Shown here one piece after another: positions 1-13,804 of a DNA stretch of 64,000 nucleotides. The stretch spans positions 17,360,001 to 17,424,000 of the forward strand of contig CM022676.1 in the NCBI GenBank assembly GCA_012295275.1, written 5' to 3'. The stretch's first letter is position 1. Every line of letters begins with the position of its first letter. The stretch is from Chrysomallon squamiferum. Taxonomy: Eukaryota; Animalia; Mollusca. The position numbers and the translations under genes are program-made. The notes beneath the pieces were generated by a model, which saw nothing but the letters and a program-made list of their open reading frames with translations, did not search any database and was not told where the DNA came from.

Positions 1-1235
1 TCACACTAGTAATGTTTTTAAAATGTTAGTTTGGTGTGGAACTTTCTAAACTCAGTTTTCTCCAGTTATTCAGTTTTTCATGTTTATTGTGGAGATGTTT
101 TATCTTCTGTTTACTTAGTTCAGTACAGAAAACTTGACAAGTCATTTAGACTCAGTGGCCATCAGTTCTTGTAAATAGCTTTCTATGGTGTCTGAAAAGT
201 AAAATATTACATTTTTTAACAACATCTGCTACAATTTTATATTTTTTTCATTTCAATCTGAAGTAATATATTCAACCAATAACAAGTACAGTTAATTTAA
301 CTGAAATAAAATAAAGTTTAAGTTTATTTATTTAAACATTTCTTGTTGCACCTCTAATTTCGACTGTCTGGGGAAATGTGTGTTTAATACTAGTCTGAAT
401 AAATCAACTCAGAACTATGAGAAATTTAAAAACATATACATATATATAATCTTTTTTAAAGAGAAACATCCATTTTTCTTTAATAAATAAGTAACTTAGT
501 ATCTTTTATAAAAATTGATAACAAGTAAGATCAATAATTTTATCGGCTACTTGTTAAAGATAGATTTTTCTAAAGTAGATTCCTTTTCTTCCAATTGCTA
601 TATCAATGTCATCTATAGAATCATTATTTAAAAAAAAAAAAATTATATATAATGATAACAATATTAAAAATATTCTCATATCACATTAAATGATTTACAT
701 TTTACAGTTTATAAAATCTAGTTGTAAACCGAATTACCTGTCCATTATACTCAGCATCTGATTTCAAAACACTTCAACTCATCTGAGTGTCTGAGTTTGT
801 ACAAATTTATTTTAACACCAACAACTGGAGAAGTACTACACTGAGTTGTACTACAAGCCTGGTCAAGTGGTCATCTTTGGCCTGAGAGAACTTTGTTCTG
901 GTCAGCAAGGGCTTGTTTGTCCTGTAAAAGTAATAAACAAAACTTATCACTGATAACCCTAATAAATAAAAATAATTTACTAAAAATATATAGCAAATTA
1001 TTACTTAAAAGTTACCTAAAATATTAAAATTACAAATTATTTAGTCAGAATAAATACATTTTACATAATTTAAATATTACATTTTACATCATTATTAAGT
1101 TATCTCTTGAAAATGATCTGCTAGTCTGTTATTTTGTAAAAAATACAGAAGTTTACAATTTTTAGTGTTCATAATAATCAACAAAAATGCCAACTTTCAG
1201 TTTTGTGGTAAACTTGTCAAACATTGTAATTAACA

Positions 1236-1417
1236 TTGTCTAGTTGTATGTAAAATAGAAGTCAATAACATCATGTTTTAAATAAATTCAAAATGATAAA
1301 GAATTGTCTAGTTGTATATAAAATAGAAGTCAATAACATCCATGTTTTAAATAAATACAAAATGATAAAGAATTGTCTAGTTGTATATAAAATAGAAGTC
1401 AATAACATCATGTTTTA
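1236..1417. repeat. tandem repeat, ~68 bp unit, ~2.7 copies
   Basis: ttgtctagttgtat(g/a)taaaatagaagtcaataacatc recurs near 1236, 1303 and 1373. Confidence 0.85.
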
Positions 1418-2487
1418 AAAACAAACTGAATTTTTTGGTAACAGACATATTACTTATGGATATTTCAATAAAATCAAAACAGGAAAGAATTTCAAAGCTG
1501 AAGTTACAAAATAAAAAACAGTTCAAAACAACTTACTTCAAATTTACCACAACAAAACTTTAGCCAATCCATGATGCACACCAGCCCAGTGAACATTCTG
1601 CAATGAGCTTTGTCTGACTGTGCACAGTAAAAACCTCTGAGAAAAACAAAAATCTCAAAGTAAGGGAAGTAAAAACATTATAAAACTGATATTAAAAAAA
1701 AAAAAACATACTATATTTAAAAACATATTGGATAATATGCAAAAATAACAATTTAATTCATATCAAAAAATATTAATTGTTAACTCAAAAATAAATATTA
1801 ATTTCTATCAATAATTATTAAATTAATAAACATAAAAATTGAAATTCATGACAGTAATAAAAAAGGCTTACACTGTATTCACAAATAATCACTTACCTCA
1901 AACAATGGAAATCAAATGGAAATATGAATACAGTATTTATGATTAAGTAATGAATATTAATGTTATGAAAATGAGTACAGGGCAGGACTTACAGGGTCTG
2001 GAGATTCACAAACTGCTGATGTCTGCCTCGTCTGTTCACCTCTCACTCGATTCATCATCATCATCAACATCGGGTCCAGTGTTGACAGCCAGTAAATGTA
2101 ACCATTCTGTGATGTTGTGCTGCACACATTGTTGATGTTGCAGGACATAAAAACATGGTTGTAAATCTTCTCAAACAGCTGACGGCACTACCTGCAGTGT
2201 AATTTTAATTTTTTATTGTTAATTAGAATTTTTTTTCTGTGTTTTTATAAAACCTAAACCATCTTCCCATTCAATAAATGTTTATCACGAGAAAAGCTAA
2301 AATTATAGAAACAGTTTGAGCTTGAAATGAATTTAAAGAAAAATATATTATAGTTGATTTATTTAGTATATCCTAGAAAGTCAATGCCTTTACTTCAATC
2401 TTCAGTTTTTATAACATTAGAACATGAAACTAATTCATAAGTTCAATAACTTAAGACAGCGCAATAGAAAGAAAAACTATTTCATTC

Positions 2488-2971
2488 AGTCAACTACACA
2501 AATCCTGTCCATGACACAAACAAGTGAGTAGTCAACTACACAAATCCTGTCCATGACACAAACAAGTGAGTAGTCAACTACACAAATCCTGTCCATGACA
2601 CAAACAAGTGAGTAGTCAACTACACAAATCCTGTCCATGACACAAACAAGTGAGTAGTCAACTACACAAATCCTGTCCATGACATAAACTGTCCTGTCCA
2701 TGACATAAACAAGTGAGTAGTCAACTACACAAATCCTGTCCCATGACACAAATACATGACAAAAAAAAGTGAGTAGTCAACTACACAAATCCTGTCCATG
2801 ACACTAACAAATCCTGTCCATGACATAAACAAGTGAGTAGTCAACTACACAAATCCTGTCCATGACACTAACAAGTTAGTAGTCAACTACACAAATCCTG
2901 TACATGACACAAACAAGTGAGCAGTCAACTACACAAATCCTGTCCATGTCACAAACAAGTGAGTAGTCAAC
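2488..2971. repeat. minisatellite, 42 bp unit, about 11 copies
   Basis: Unit agtcaactacacaaatcctgtccatgacacaaacaagtgagt is tandemly repeated; it explains the 14-aa periodic ORF at 2486-2749. Confidence 0.95.
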
Positions 2972-4753
2972 CTACATCTTGTATGTTCCTCCAGTGTTCT
3001 AATCTACACACCCAGTGAAAAAAGAAACCAAGATATGGATTATCAGAAACACCAGGAAACCTGGTAGACTAGGAACACAATCATTACCATGAAGTCCTTG
3101 AACACTGGGTGCAACAGGATCTCAATGGATACCAAGATCTCCAGTTTAACCAGCTTCACCTTTTCTACCTGATATAAAGTCACAACCTGTATCAGAGAAA
3201 AACACAATTTTATTATTCAGGTATTAATTAATTCGGTAGTTTTTTCCAGGTGAAAAGGGTAACCATGGAAGTCTAGATCAACTGATTTTCACATTCTGTT
3301 CTCACACATACTTCTTTCCTCTATTTGTGTTTACTTTACAAAAAAAAAATGCTTCATGACAAAAATTATCAATAAATCCTAGGTTATTGTAATTATTACA
3401 AACATTTTAAAAACAAATATGTTTTTTAGACTTCTCAAGAAAAGACACACTATGAAAAATGATTCATAACATGAAAGTTTATAAATAAAAATGGTGTTAA
3501 ATATATTTGTTCAAGTAACAGATCATCAAATAGTGATAAAGATTAGAACAATTAATAAAGTGTCACTTCCTGGACCACAGAAATATTCAAAACTCATATT
3601 TAAATAATCAAGAGCACTGACTTTTATCCCTTTGTAGATTGTGGTAAATAAAGAAAGTTTTGATTTGATTACTTATGCATGAAGAAGACTGGAACAGATG
3701 TAAGAAAAAAAAAAGGTTGGCACATCTTTCAAATCAAAGCTAAACTAATTAAACCTACCCTTGAGTACCCATATTTAACTTCTTCTTTCTGAAGGTGGCT
3801 TCCTGGCTGATTGTGGATGTGAAGTAAAATGATCTGCTGGTCATCGGTCAGGAAATAACTGTCCAAACTTATCAACAAAATGCTGAAATGTAAAAAAATG
3901 TGGTAGGATGTTATTTTTAAATAAATATTTTCCCTTCAACATGTATGTCTGTATATATCTATCTATACTTACTATACCTAGTTTAGTGGCATGTAATTCA
4001 AACTGAATTTACTCTGGCAATAATAACTATTTCAATCATTTATAAATATATGTTTTGTAAATAGAAGATTCAATATAATATACCTTGCAATTTTGTACTT
4101 AAGGCTGTAACACGTTTGTTTTGAACTAATACTGGATGTTAATCAAATACTATTTCTTCATATTTCTATTATCTGTTGTTGTTTTTTTGTTTGTTTTTTT
4201 TTTTTTTTTTTTATTATTACAAATTAAAGAAATTTAAAACGACAATTATGTTGTCTAATAACTGGTCCAGTGAAGCTCTAATATGTTCAGTTCTGTGGTT
4301 GGAGAATTTCAAAATTCTTACCTTTGTACAAACATATCTATTTGAGTTCATTTTCAGTGGATTCAGCTGTTCCTATCACTTGTGACCTTCCGCATAAACT
4401 TGATAAAATGATCCACACGAGGTATTTTTGTTACTTTGATTTAGCCTGAAACAGAGAAATATATGTGGTGAAAAGATACACAAGAATCAAGAAAAACATT
4501 TAGTTACAGATAAGTTGTTAAAAAATAAGAAAAGAAAGAAATAATGAAATATTCAAGAATAATAAATACCAAATAATAATAATAACAACAACAACAATAA
4601 TAATAATAACTATATTTTAATTTTCAGTGATTAACTCTGAATTTTTTTAAACTTGAGCAATAACAGATCAGGGTATTACTGTAAAAACATACAGGTATAT
4701 AAAATTTCTTCATACACTGCTACTACTACTGCTACTACTACTATTACTACTAC

Positions 4754-4804
<51 letters not shown>

Positions 4805-6303
4805 CAGGCACTTGCATAATTCTAGTATTAATCATGATATAATAGTAGAACTTTCTGTTTACATTATAAGTAAGAATAAAATAATAACAAAAAAGTGTAG
4901 TTAAACTTTTAAAATAATAACAACAAGAAATTGAAAAAATAAAATTATAAATTATCAAAAATAATTTTAAATATTTTATCAAAATATTGAAAGAATGAAA
5001 AATAAATATTTAAACATTAAAAACCCAATAATTAGAAGAATGACTTAAACATTAAAGAACCTATGATCAGTCTTTAAAAGACTGAGTCCACAACAGAAAT
5101 TCATGTCAATAAAACTGAGTCACTATCAAAATAAATCTATCATATATCTTATTAATAACTATTATACAGTACTTAGTAATTATGATGAACACAGCTTCAC
5201 TCAGTTTATATTTTCATCACATATTCTGTAATGTAAAAATATTTCAAAATAAAAACAAAACATAAGAGATCAGATGAAGAAAAGGCTGTAATTAAATCAT
5301 TCATCTCAAGCTTTCCAACTCAACACAACTCTTACACACAAGACTCTTAGAAGAAAACATCAGGTGACACCTAAAGAATGAGACAACATGTTTGGGAAAT
5401 GCTGCTAAATGCAAATGACTCCTTCATCTTTGACAAACAGCTACATGATTATGATGCTCACTGCTAGAACTGACAAAATACTTCAGTATCAAGTTGATGC
5501 AGGCCACAAAAGGGAAGCCTGACAAAGCCTCTCTGATGGAAAAATAATAACGTGGAATCCGTAAACAACATAACGGTCAGCACAGAATTTTAGTGAACTT
5601 GTTGACAGGACAGGCTGACGTCAGCTCAAGGACAAGTGACAAGCACGTGATTCACTGACGTATAATTCTATCAGAGAACAGACAGACTTTCCTTCTGTAT
5701 TTCCATCAGAGTACTCAGTTACGTGGTTACAAGCAAACCTGAATTGTGATGTGTGTTTCAGACTTTACCTCATGACATATGTGGCTATTTCAAAGTCTCA
5801 GGACACTGTGGTTTGCTTAGGTACAGATCAACAGAGCTTTGAGTAGTTCCTCGAGCGTAGACTGGAGTTTGCTGCGAGGAATCACTTTTACAAGTTTCTA
5901 CCCACCTTGAAAACAGACCTTTTAAAAACAAACATTGTCTTAGTATCAGACATTTTAAAACTGCAGTTTGATTTTAATATGTCAACACAATTTTTAGGTA
6001 TAAATGCTGATGTAGATGTCTTATTACTAAACATGTAAATTATTTCAAATAACAAAGAAAGTGTATAATTATAACATACTTTAAAGCAAAATTTTAATAA
6101 GTGGTCTTAATATTTAAACAATAAAGTGAACATTATGAAGAAAACCGTATCTACTACTACTAATAATAATAAGAAGAAGAAGAAGAAGAAGACGAAGAAG
6201 AAGCAGAAGAACAAGAACAACAATAATAATAATACATCAATAAATAAAATTAGGGTGTTAGCAACGTTTGTTTAATATTCGTCATTATAATTATATGTAA
6301 ATA

Positions 6304-6355
<52 letters not shown>

Positions 6356-6582
6356 TACACACAGATACATAGAAAAACACCGACAAACTTACGCTTCATT
6401 TCAATAACCATTTTACCACAGTTAAAACAAAGTTTTATATATTTTTAAGACCTCAACAAACCAAGAAAAAGAATCACAGTGAGAGATTGAAAACAGGGAC
6501 ATAATCTTTGTAAGTTTTACATTTTCGTTAAACACAAATAACGTATGTTGTGTGTTTACCTATATTTATATATATATATATA

Positions 6583-6622
<40 letters not shown>

Positions 6623-6773
6623 GGTGTTGTTTTGGATTATTTTTTAACCGCTTCTAATCCTTTCATTTTTTTTTTTTTAATTCGTATTTTAGACACAACC
6701 ATGCATTGCTTAACCTAGAAAGGTTATATATGTGTGTGTGTGTTAATATGATTATTATTATTTTCATTATTAC

Positions 6774-6848
<75 letters not shown>

Positions 6849-6869
6849 CGGTTATATACATTATAATTC

Positions 6870-7465
6870 ATGGCCACGTTCCCGAAGATGTCACCATGAC
6901 GACTTAGTTAAACAAAAGTGGTTTACTTGTTGTTACGAAGTCGTTTGAAGTCTGTCGTAATAAAGAGAATCACTGTGTCGTTATTTTGTTTACTGCTCAT
7001 GCGATGTTCTTTTAGTGCAGAGCTTGATTTTGATCACTAAATTTATCCTTTGGTCAAAAGTTGTATTATTTTACCGATATGAAAACGGAATCAGTTCATA
7101 AATTTCGACCTGCCTGGTGGACTAATAGTCACTTAAAAATTAAGCATGGCTGAGAAACCAAGAAGATGGTTCAAAACACTCACCAAAATGTGGTAGACAG
7201 GAACTATAATCATTAGCGGATGATGTTAGTGATAATTAGCACGTGATTTTTATGTAGTACGCAGAATGCGCGGTGCGTATCACGCTTGGTTACGACTTAC
7301 TTTTAATAAACGACGACGTTAACAACTGTTTGTTAATAACATTCATCAAGACACTTCGAGATCACGAACATCCTGTGAACATATTAACGATATCGTTGTA
7401 CAAAAAGATGGCTGCGGCAACATGACCACAGAAAATGAAATTTTTGTTTGCCATTTTTCGTCTCA
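6870..7465. promoter_or_regulatory. CpG-rich candidate promoter region
   Basis: Abrupt rise in CpG just upstream of the first minus-strand donor; YY1-like motifs AAGATGGCTGC (~7404) and GCCATTTT (~7450). Confidence 0.3.
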
Positions 7466-7535
7466 TTTCAACCTGAAATTTTTTCTGTTCTTAGCGATAA
7501 AAAAAAAACGTCAAAAAATCGTTTATGAAATAATG

Positions 7536-7611
<76 letters not shown>

Positions 7612-7794
7612 CACAAGCGGACAAAAGCTCCCAGAGCACAATCCTTCACACACAGATGTTTTATATCCGTCTTCTCACTCTCTAACACATACACACACAA
7701 ACACACTTTCTCACATACAAAGACGCACAGTAACACACACACAAATATCCCTCCTGTTTCACTTTAGAACGCATAATGTCTCACATACAAAAAT

Positions 7795-7985
7795 GTAAAC
7801 ATGTACACTATTTTTTACACATATACATACATTTAAACTAGTATACTATCTTTCACATATATACATACATACAAACATGTACACTATTTTTCACATATAT
7901 ACATACATATAAACCTGTACATTATCTTTCACATGTATATATCTATACATATAAACGTGTGCACTGTCTTTCACACACATACATA
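7795..7985. repeat. degenerate AC-rich tandem repeat, ~40 bp unit
   Basis: An aaacatgtacactatt(t/c)ttcacatatatacatacat-like unit recurs about 5 times. Confidence 0.65.
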
Positions 7986-9524
7986 GATAGCACAAACGCG
8001 CCCACAGTATACACTGTCTCAAACACACACATATTCATACATATCCACTGATTTTATATTCAGACTCATAAATACTCCAACACACATACATAGATACACA
8101 AACACACACAAAAAACAGTCACAAACACACATATCTATAAACACCCACACTAACAGCTGTTTGCCACAAACAAGCTCAATTACACACCCACTCATGCTTT
8201 GACATTTCAAATAAAGGTGAATAGTATAAACGTTGTGTAACTTGAAGAAAGGGAGATAAGTAAGGAATCAACTAATAAAATAAAATACGAGTAATTATAT
8301 TTTGTAACGTGTTTGTGTTGTTTTAGCAGTAACACGCTCGCACACGCTCGCACACAATCAAACACTGACACACAAAAACACACACAGACACACAAACACA
8401 AACTGATACATACAAAGACACACCAAGATACACAAATACACAGTGACATTCGCAAATGCGTCCGCCTTTCCTCTTCTTATAATTTATTTCTTGATCAGAA
8501 GCGTTTCTGTAAAAAACACGCTTGTCGAAGAAGGTGATTTAAATTTAAATCTGATAATATATTATAATATATGTCAAACAGATTAAAAGTAAATTCATTT
8601 TAATTTTAAAAAACCAGCAATATAATAATATTAATAATAATAATAATAATAATAATTTCATCACATTATGATCTTAAGGTTCACAAATTTGTATGTGACA
8701 TTGCAGATTAGTAAATAAATCTGACTGTAATTTAAAACAAACGTGTTGTTATGTCTTCCTTTCAGCCTTCTTATGTAAGAACTGATTGTTAATATTGCAC
8801 AACTACCAGCTGGCTTAGTATGTGCTAGAAGCATTGTCACTACAAACTTATAAACTTTCTTAGTGTGCTACTACTAGAAACATTGTCACTAATAGTTTAT
8901 CAACATAATTAGCGTGAACTACTAGAAACATTGACAATTACAAGTTTATCAATTTATTTGTGTGTCTGTATCTATGTATGTTTCTATGTATGTATACTTA
9001 AGAAAGAGTTATGCGTGATTAGATGTATGAGTATCTAAATCTCTCTTCTCTCTCTTTGTATATAGCTACAGATACATACACACACACACACACATATATC
9101 TACACACACATAGACAATCGTGTGTGTGTTTTTTGTGTGTGTGTGTCTCCTGCAAGTAGCTTACCTAATGGCAATCTTACAGACTATAAATCCATTTTCT
9201 TTGTTTTGAGAAAAATTACTATTTCTGCACTGGAGTTTATAACATTATGAAACGAAGGTCTACAGTCTACTGCGTAGATCAGTGGCGGATATAGAATTTT
9301 GGGGAATATACATACATAGACACAGAGATAGATAAACAGACAGATACTGATATGTGTGTGTGTGTGTGTGTTTATGTGCGTGTGTATGTCTGTGTGTTTA
9401 AAAAAGACATTTAGATATGTGTGTTTGAGCGTATTTATATGTTTAAGAACGTTGGAATGTATTTGTGTGCTTGATAGAGAAAACGGGTATTGAAGTGTGT
9501 GTGTATGTATGTGTGTGTGTTTGT

Positions 9525-9560
<36 letters not shown>

Positions 9561-10185
9561 CGGTGTGTTTGTGTGTGTGTTTCGTGTGAACGGATACAGT
9601 ACTCAGTGAAAAACGCATTCACTTGGGACAACCGTACGTACCGATTTAGACACAGTGCCGGCATGCAAAAATTGAATATATGTAGTTATAAAAATGTACA
9701 TGAAACGAAATATGTTTTATTTCTAACGTTATTGTTAAGCCTCTATCAAGTTTCATGTGAGAAACAGTCTGTCATCGACGACTGCGAGGTTTTTTTTCTA
9801 CTTTTTTTTCTCGCATTTCTCTCAAAAACAAACTTCTCTGTCATGGCCTCCGTGTTTGAGATCAATTGCAAAAGTCGGATTTCGGTAGCAGCAACGAAAG
9901 ATTTAATTTGTTTTCTCATTTTAAAAATATCAGTGTAAGAAAGTTCGGTCACTGGGTCATTGTGTGTATCGTCAATTCATTCAGATTTTTCAGTTGTGTC
10001 AGTCGTTACTCTTTGCCAAAGTTTTAGTTTCGTACAATTGTTTCTACTCGTCACTATGTTTTATAAAGTCAAATATTTCGTGACTTCGTTTTTTAAATTG
10101 CACTGCCAGGGTTCAATGAAGGAATCGACTTCGTCTTAGCATTAACCCGCAGCAAAATGTAGTCGCCTTGTTTTTTTTTTTTTTT

Positions 10186-10229
<44 letters not shown>

Positions 10230-10741
10230 TATTTCTTTATTTATTTATTATTTGAAACAGATCACTTGAAAGATGAATCTATCCATACATTTTGCCTCCA
10301 TTTCGTCCTACGAGCTGCAAAACAAATTCTGCCAGCAATCAACGGACTTTCATTATTTCTGTCAAATGCATTGTTTACTGTTGTGATTACAGTTTGACAA
10401 TAAACACAGTTCTTCTAAACTTGTATACAAATTAATTTAATTGAGATTCACACGATAAATGACATAATTGTCTGAACATGTTTTGTATACAGTAATTTGT
10501 TAACGGCCCTTTTGTATATATTTTGATGTTCAAATTTATGTTTGTGACAATAGCACGGCATTTAAATTTTCGATACTTTGCCATTTCATAGGTCGTTTTG
10601 CGATGAATTCAATAAAAGAAAGTATATGAGCGTCATACATATTTATGTAGACCTCTGCTTTTGACACTTAATCTAAATGAGTGAATTCACTTACGTGTTA
10701 ACACACGAATCATTTTCTAGTGTATTTAGCTCCGTTAAGTG

Positions 10742-10900
10742 CATAGGTTTTCAACCTGAGGGTCGCGACCTGCAGAGGGGTCGCCAGACTTTTCTCTGAG
10801 GGTCGCGAGATCGTTCTTGAGCGAGGGTATGTTTCTGCGTTTTTCATCTTGACTTGGAAGGAGAAATAAATAAAAACATGTAAAGAGGTTTGAGACCCAT
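10742..10900 (+). mobile_element. hAT/Charlie-like non-autonomous DNA transposon remnant (mirror at 60737-60896)
   Basis: Begins CATAGGTTTTCAACCTGAGGGTCGCGACC with repeated GGGTCGC subterminal motifs, resembling URR1/Charlie-type termini; degenerate GGTTTGAGACCCATC possible other end; no clear TSD. Confidence 0.45.
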
Positions 10901-11412
10901 CATAGTGAATATAGATTCCTTCTGTACTGTCTTTCGTTGATGAAAATATGGTATATATATATTTCATTGTTATATCAAAACGTCTCCTTCACGGTCCTTT
11001 ACATGTAATTGGAATAACCTTGAACACATGCTTCCCACCAGAGTTGTGATTACAACAGTTAGCAGTGAGACCCAGCCAAGACTAGTTGATCATTCTCCAC
11101 ACAGGGGTGCCCAGCTGACTATAAGACTGTTGGGGGGATACCGCGTATAGTGATTACAAGAAGAATAGCTTCATTGTTTATTAAGATTTAACAAAATGCT
11201 ATCATTTCATTTTGTCCACGAGGTAGTCTACTTAAGTGCTAATTGTCAGCATTTTTAAAGAAATGATCGTACCTTATTCTGGAATTTACACCAGATATGC
11301 AAAGTAGAGAGATACGGATTTTCCAAAGTTTTGTTCATAATATTTTAATGTTAGCCTGGGAATGTCTCCCTATTTTCGTAACTATTTTATAAAGTATATT
11401 TTTTCTTTATTT

Positions 11413-11536
<124 letters not shown>

Positions 11537-12259
11537 ACACACATCAAGCATATTTATAGGATCTGATCTGGAATCCTCTCTCACAACATCTTTTTGTATT
11601 ACACGCTGTATCTAGAAAAGAAAAATATTACAGAAACTAAATAATAAAACTTGTATTTTATGTTTACATTGTAAACACAAATTAAATACAAAAATAAACG
11701 AAGTAAAATTTTATGATACAAAATAAATTTATTTGAATTTTCTTTATATACATTTTATACATAAACAAACAAACAGTAAATCTGAAAGATAATCTAATTT
11801 ACTTACATATTTAATATAAATATTAATGAAAGAAAATGGATAAATAAATGAAATAACAGTTCTTGTATTTTATGTCCAACAGTCAGTAAGTAAATATATA
11901 ATTTTCTACATTTTATTTTATATACAATTTAAACTGAAATAAAAAAGTACAAAAGAAGCAAGAAATGGTTAATAATATTCTTTCATATACAAAGAAAACA
12001 ACAGTAGAAATATTTAAATCAATAAATAAATACACAAATAAGTTAATAAATAATAAAGCAATACAATGTTATTATACATTTTACAAGTATCTGCTTGACA
12101 AAAATCAGTCATTTATAAAATTTCAAATTGAATCTAGTGTCTATGACGTCATCACTGCTACCTGACGTCATAAGAAAAACGTAAGCAAATAGATAAATAC
12201 AAATAAAAATGTGATCCCAGTGATGACTAAAAGTGACAGTTTTTGAACGATGTTGTTTT

Positions 12260-13490
12260 TTACACTAAAAATAACAAAGCAGCTATTTGTCCGTCTGTCA
12301 CACGTGTACGAAGTCGTCTGTGACTGTGTTTAGATTTGTGTGAGACAGAAAATCTACAAACAAAAGAGTCTACAACAATTTCTGATTCACCAAAACCTCC
12401 ACACCATGATTCTTCTCCCTCAACATTAACAAACAAGCTGTACTCAGTGTCTTTAGTAATCTTCAGTGGACGACTGAACACGACGTCATACACGTCAGAC
12501 ACGACGTGTTTATATCTCTGTGTCACCGTAGACCCGTCCAGTATTTCGTCTGTTCTTGTGTCAGTGACGAAGGCGCTGACGTCGTAGTTGTGTGGTTGAC
12601 GGTGACCGTACAACTGAAATCCGCGAAGAAAAGCGTTTTTGTTGACAGAGAAAGTAATGGCGTCATCTACTTCACCAGAACATGACCACTGAAGAAGACA
12701 CGTGAAACCAAATCTGTTTATTGTAATCTGTGTTTTAGGAATCATTGCAGTTCTCTTGTTTGAGTTAAAAGGTGAAACATCATCATCACTGCTCACCAAG
12801 TGTTTCAAAATCTTGTTTTCTTCTGTCTCAGTGAGTATGTGAGTGGGTGTCACGTGTTTTACAAAATACGTCTGTTCGAGTAATGGAAAACGCACGTGCT
12901 TCACGACCTCTCCCAGTGCATTGCGCATGTTCTGTCCATTCGTCTGTCTTCCTTGCTTCCTGCACGCGCTGTCAGCCCACTTCACAGCGGCTTCAAAAAC
13001 ATTTTTCTCTTCTGCTATCAGTTCCTCTGATCGTACGATCTCAACCAGACATTCGTGACAAAGATCGGTGACTTCATCTGACTTCAGAACTTCGTCGCCA
13101 TTTTTCAAAATGAACTCCATAGTTTTTTTCCTTAGATCATGTTCATCAAACAGGTGAGCTTTTTCCAGCACGTCGAACGCATTCCGTGACGACAACGACG
13201 ACTCCAAATAGTTGACGCACTGTTCTTCCAGTGTCGTGACGATGTACTTCCTCGATAGATTCAGCAGACCGATGACGTTGTCGCCTCTTAGGACGACGTC
13301 ATCCGTATAAAGATATCTGTGTAAAAGAAGTAGATTAAGACTTTAAAATGTGAGATAATTATGTGAGATTAATTAGTTAGAAAATAATTAGATTACTAAC
13401 AAAAACTGTATTGTTAGCAACGTTTCTGTCTGTATGTATGTCTCTATTCCTCACTGTCTTCATACATGTGTTTCCATGTCTGTGTATGTT

Positions 13491-13530
<40 letters not shown>

Positions 13531-13804
13531 TGTGTGTTTTAACATACTTTAAAAACTCTGAGAAAGTTTCTGCCTGCACATCCGGTATTTTGATACTGGT
13601 TTGTTTGCGAAGTTTTCCAGTCATCATCTGATGAAAAACTTCGCTTCGAATAACCAAAATGAAACGGTGAGCATCGATAGGCGTTCTATGTTCCCCAACA
13701 AGAAATCTGACGTCCGTGTCAGTTCTTGTAAGGAAAACGTGTTCAAGGCATTGTATGAGATTCTTCCCTTTCTGCCAACTTGAGATTGTGCATGAGGTGG
13801 ACAT
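12260..13804 (-). CDS. BTB/POZ-BACK-PHR protein, BTBD1/2/3/6-like Cullin-3 adaptor, copy A (intact, 437 aa, 2 coding exons)
   Basis: Exon 1 13804-13548 (MSTSCTISSWQ..DVRFLVG..AHRFIL..RSEVF..IPDV..FLK), GT-AG intron 13547-13317, exon 2 13316-12260. Splicing restores the BTB motif FLKYLYTD. BACK motifs VFEAAVKWA and VRFPLL; PHR-like RF..DAITFSVN..GFQLYG..GQI. Confidence 0.92.

Larger units (their letters stand above)
1..6500 (-). ncRNA. putative multi-exon spliced non-coding transcript (lncRNA or long non-coding leader)
   Basis: Short, slightly GC-richer blocks bounded by minus-strand splice signals. First donor AGC|GTAAGT near 6391. Exon 4322-4445 (tctctgtttcag / AAG|GTAAG), exon ~3759-3882, exon ~1537-1636 (tttttctcag / GAA|GTAAGT), exon ~738-921 (ttacttttacag / CAG|GTAA). 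Final acceptor near 192 leads into an AATAAA-containing exon. The two exons I translated (738-921, 4322-4445) have stops in all three frames. Confidence 0.4.

Noticed and set aside
2486-2749. Repeat-protein ORF (MDRICVVDYSLVCV)n
   Set aside because: A by-product of a 42-bp minisatellite whose later units break the frame.
1000-5300. Intronic box C/D snoRNAs in the putative lncRNA
   Set aside because: C-box-like motifs are present, but I found no D box at suitable spacing with a terminal stem; a covariance-model search would be needed.
12336-13071. Antisense ORFs overlapping the BTB genes and recurring in each copy
   Set aside because: Short shadow frames whose conservation follows from duplication of the sense gene.
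12260-13207. ORF-track start MESSLSS (also at 31858, 35223 and 58444)
   Set aside because: This is a TTG leucine codon inside exon 2; the real reading frame comes from splicing to exon 1.
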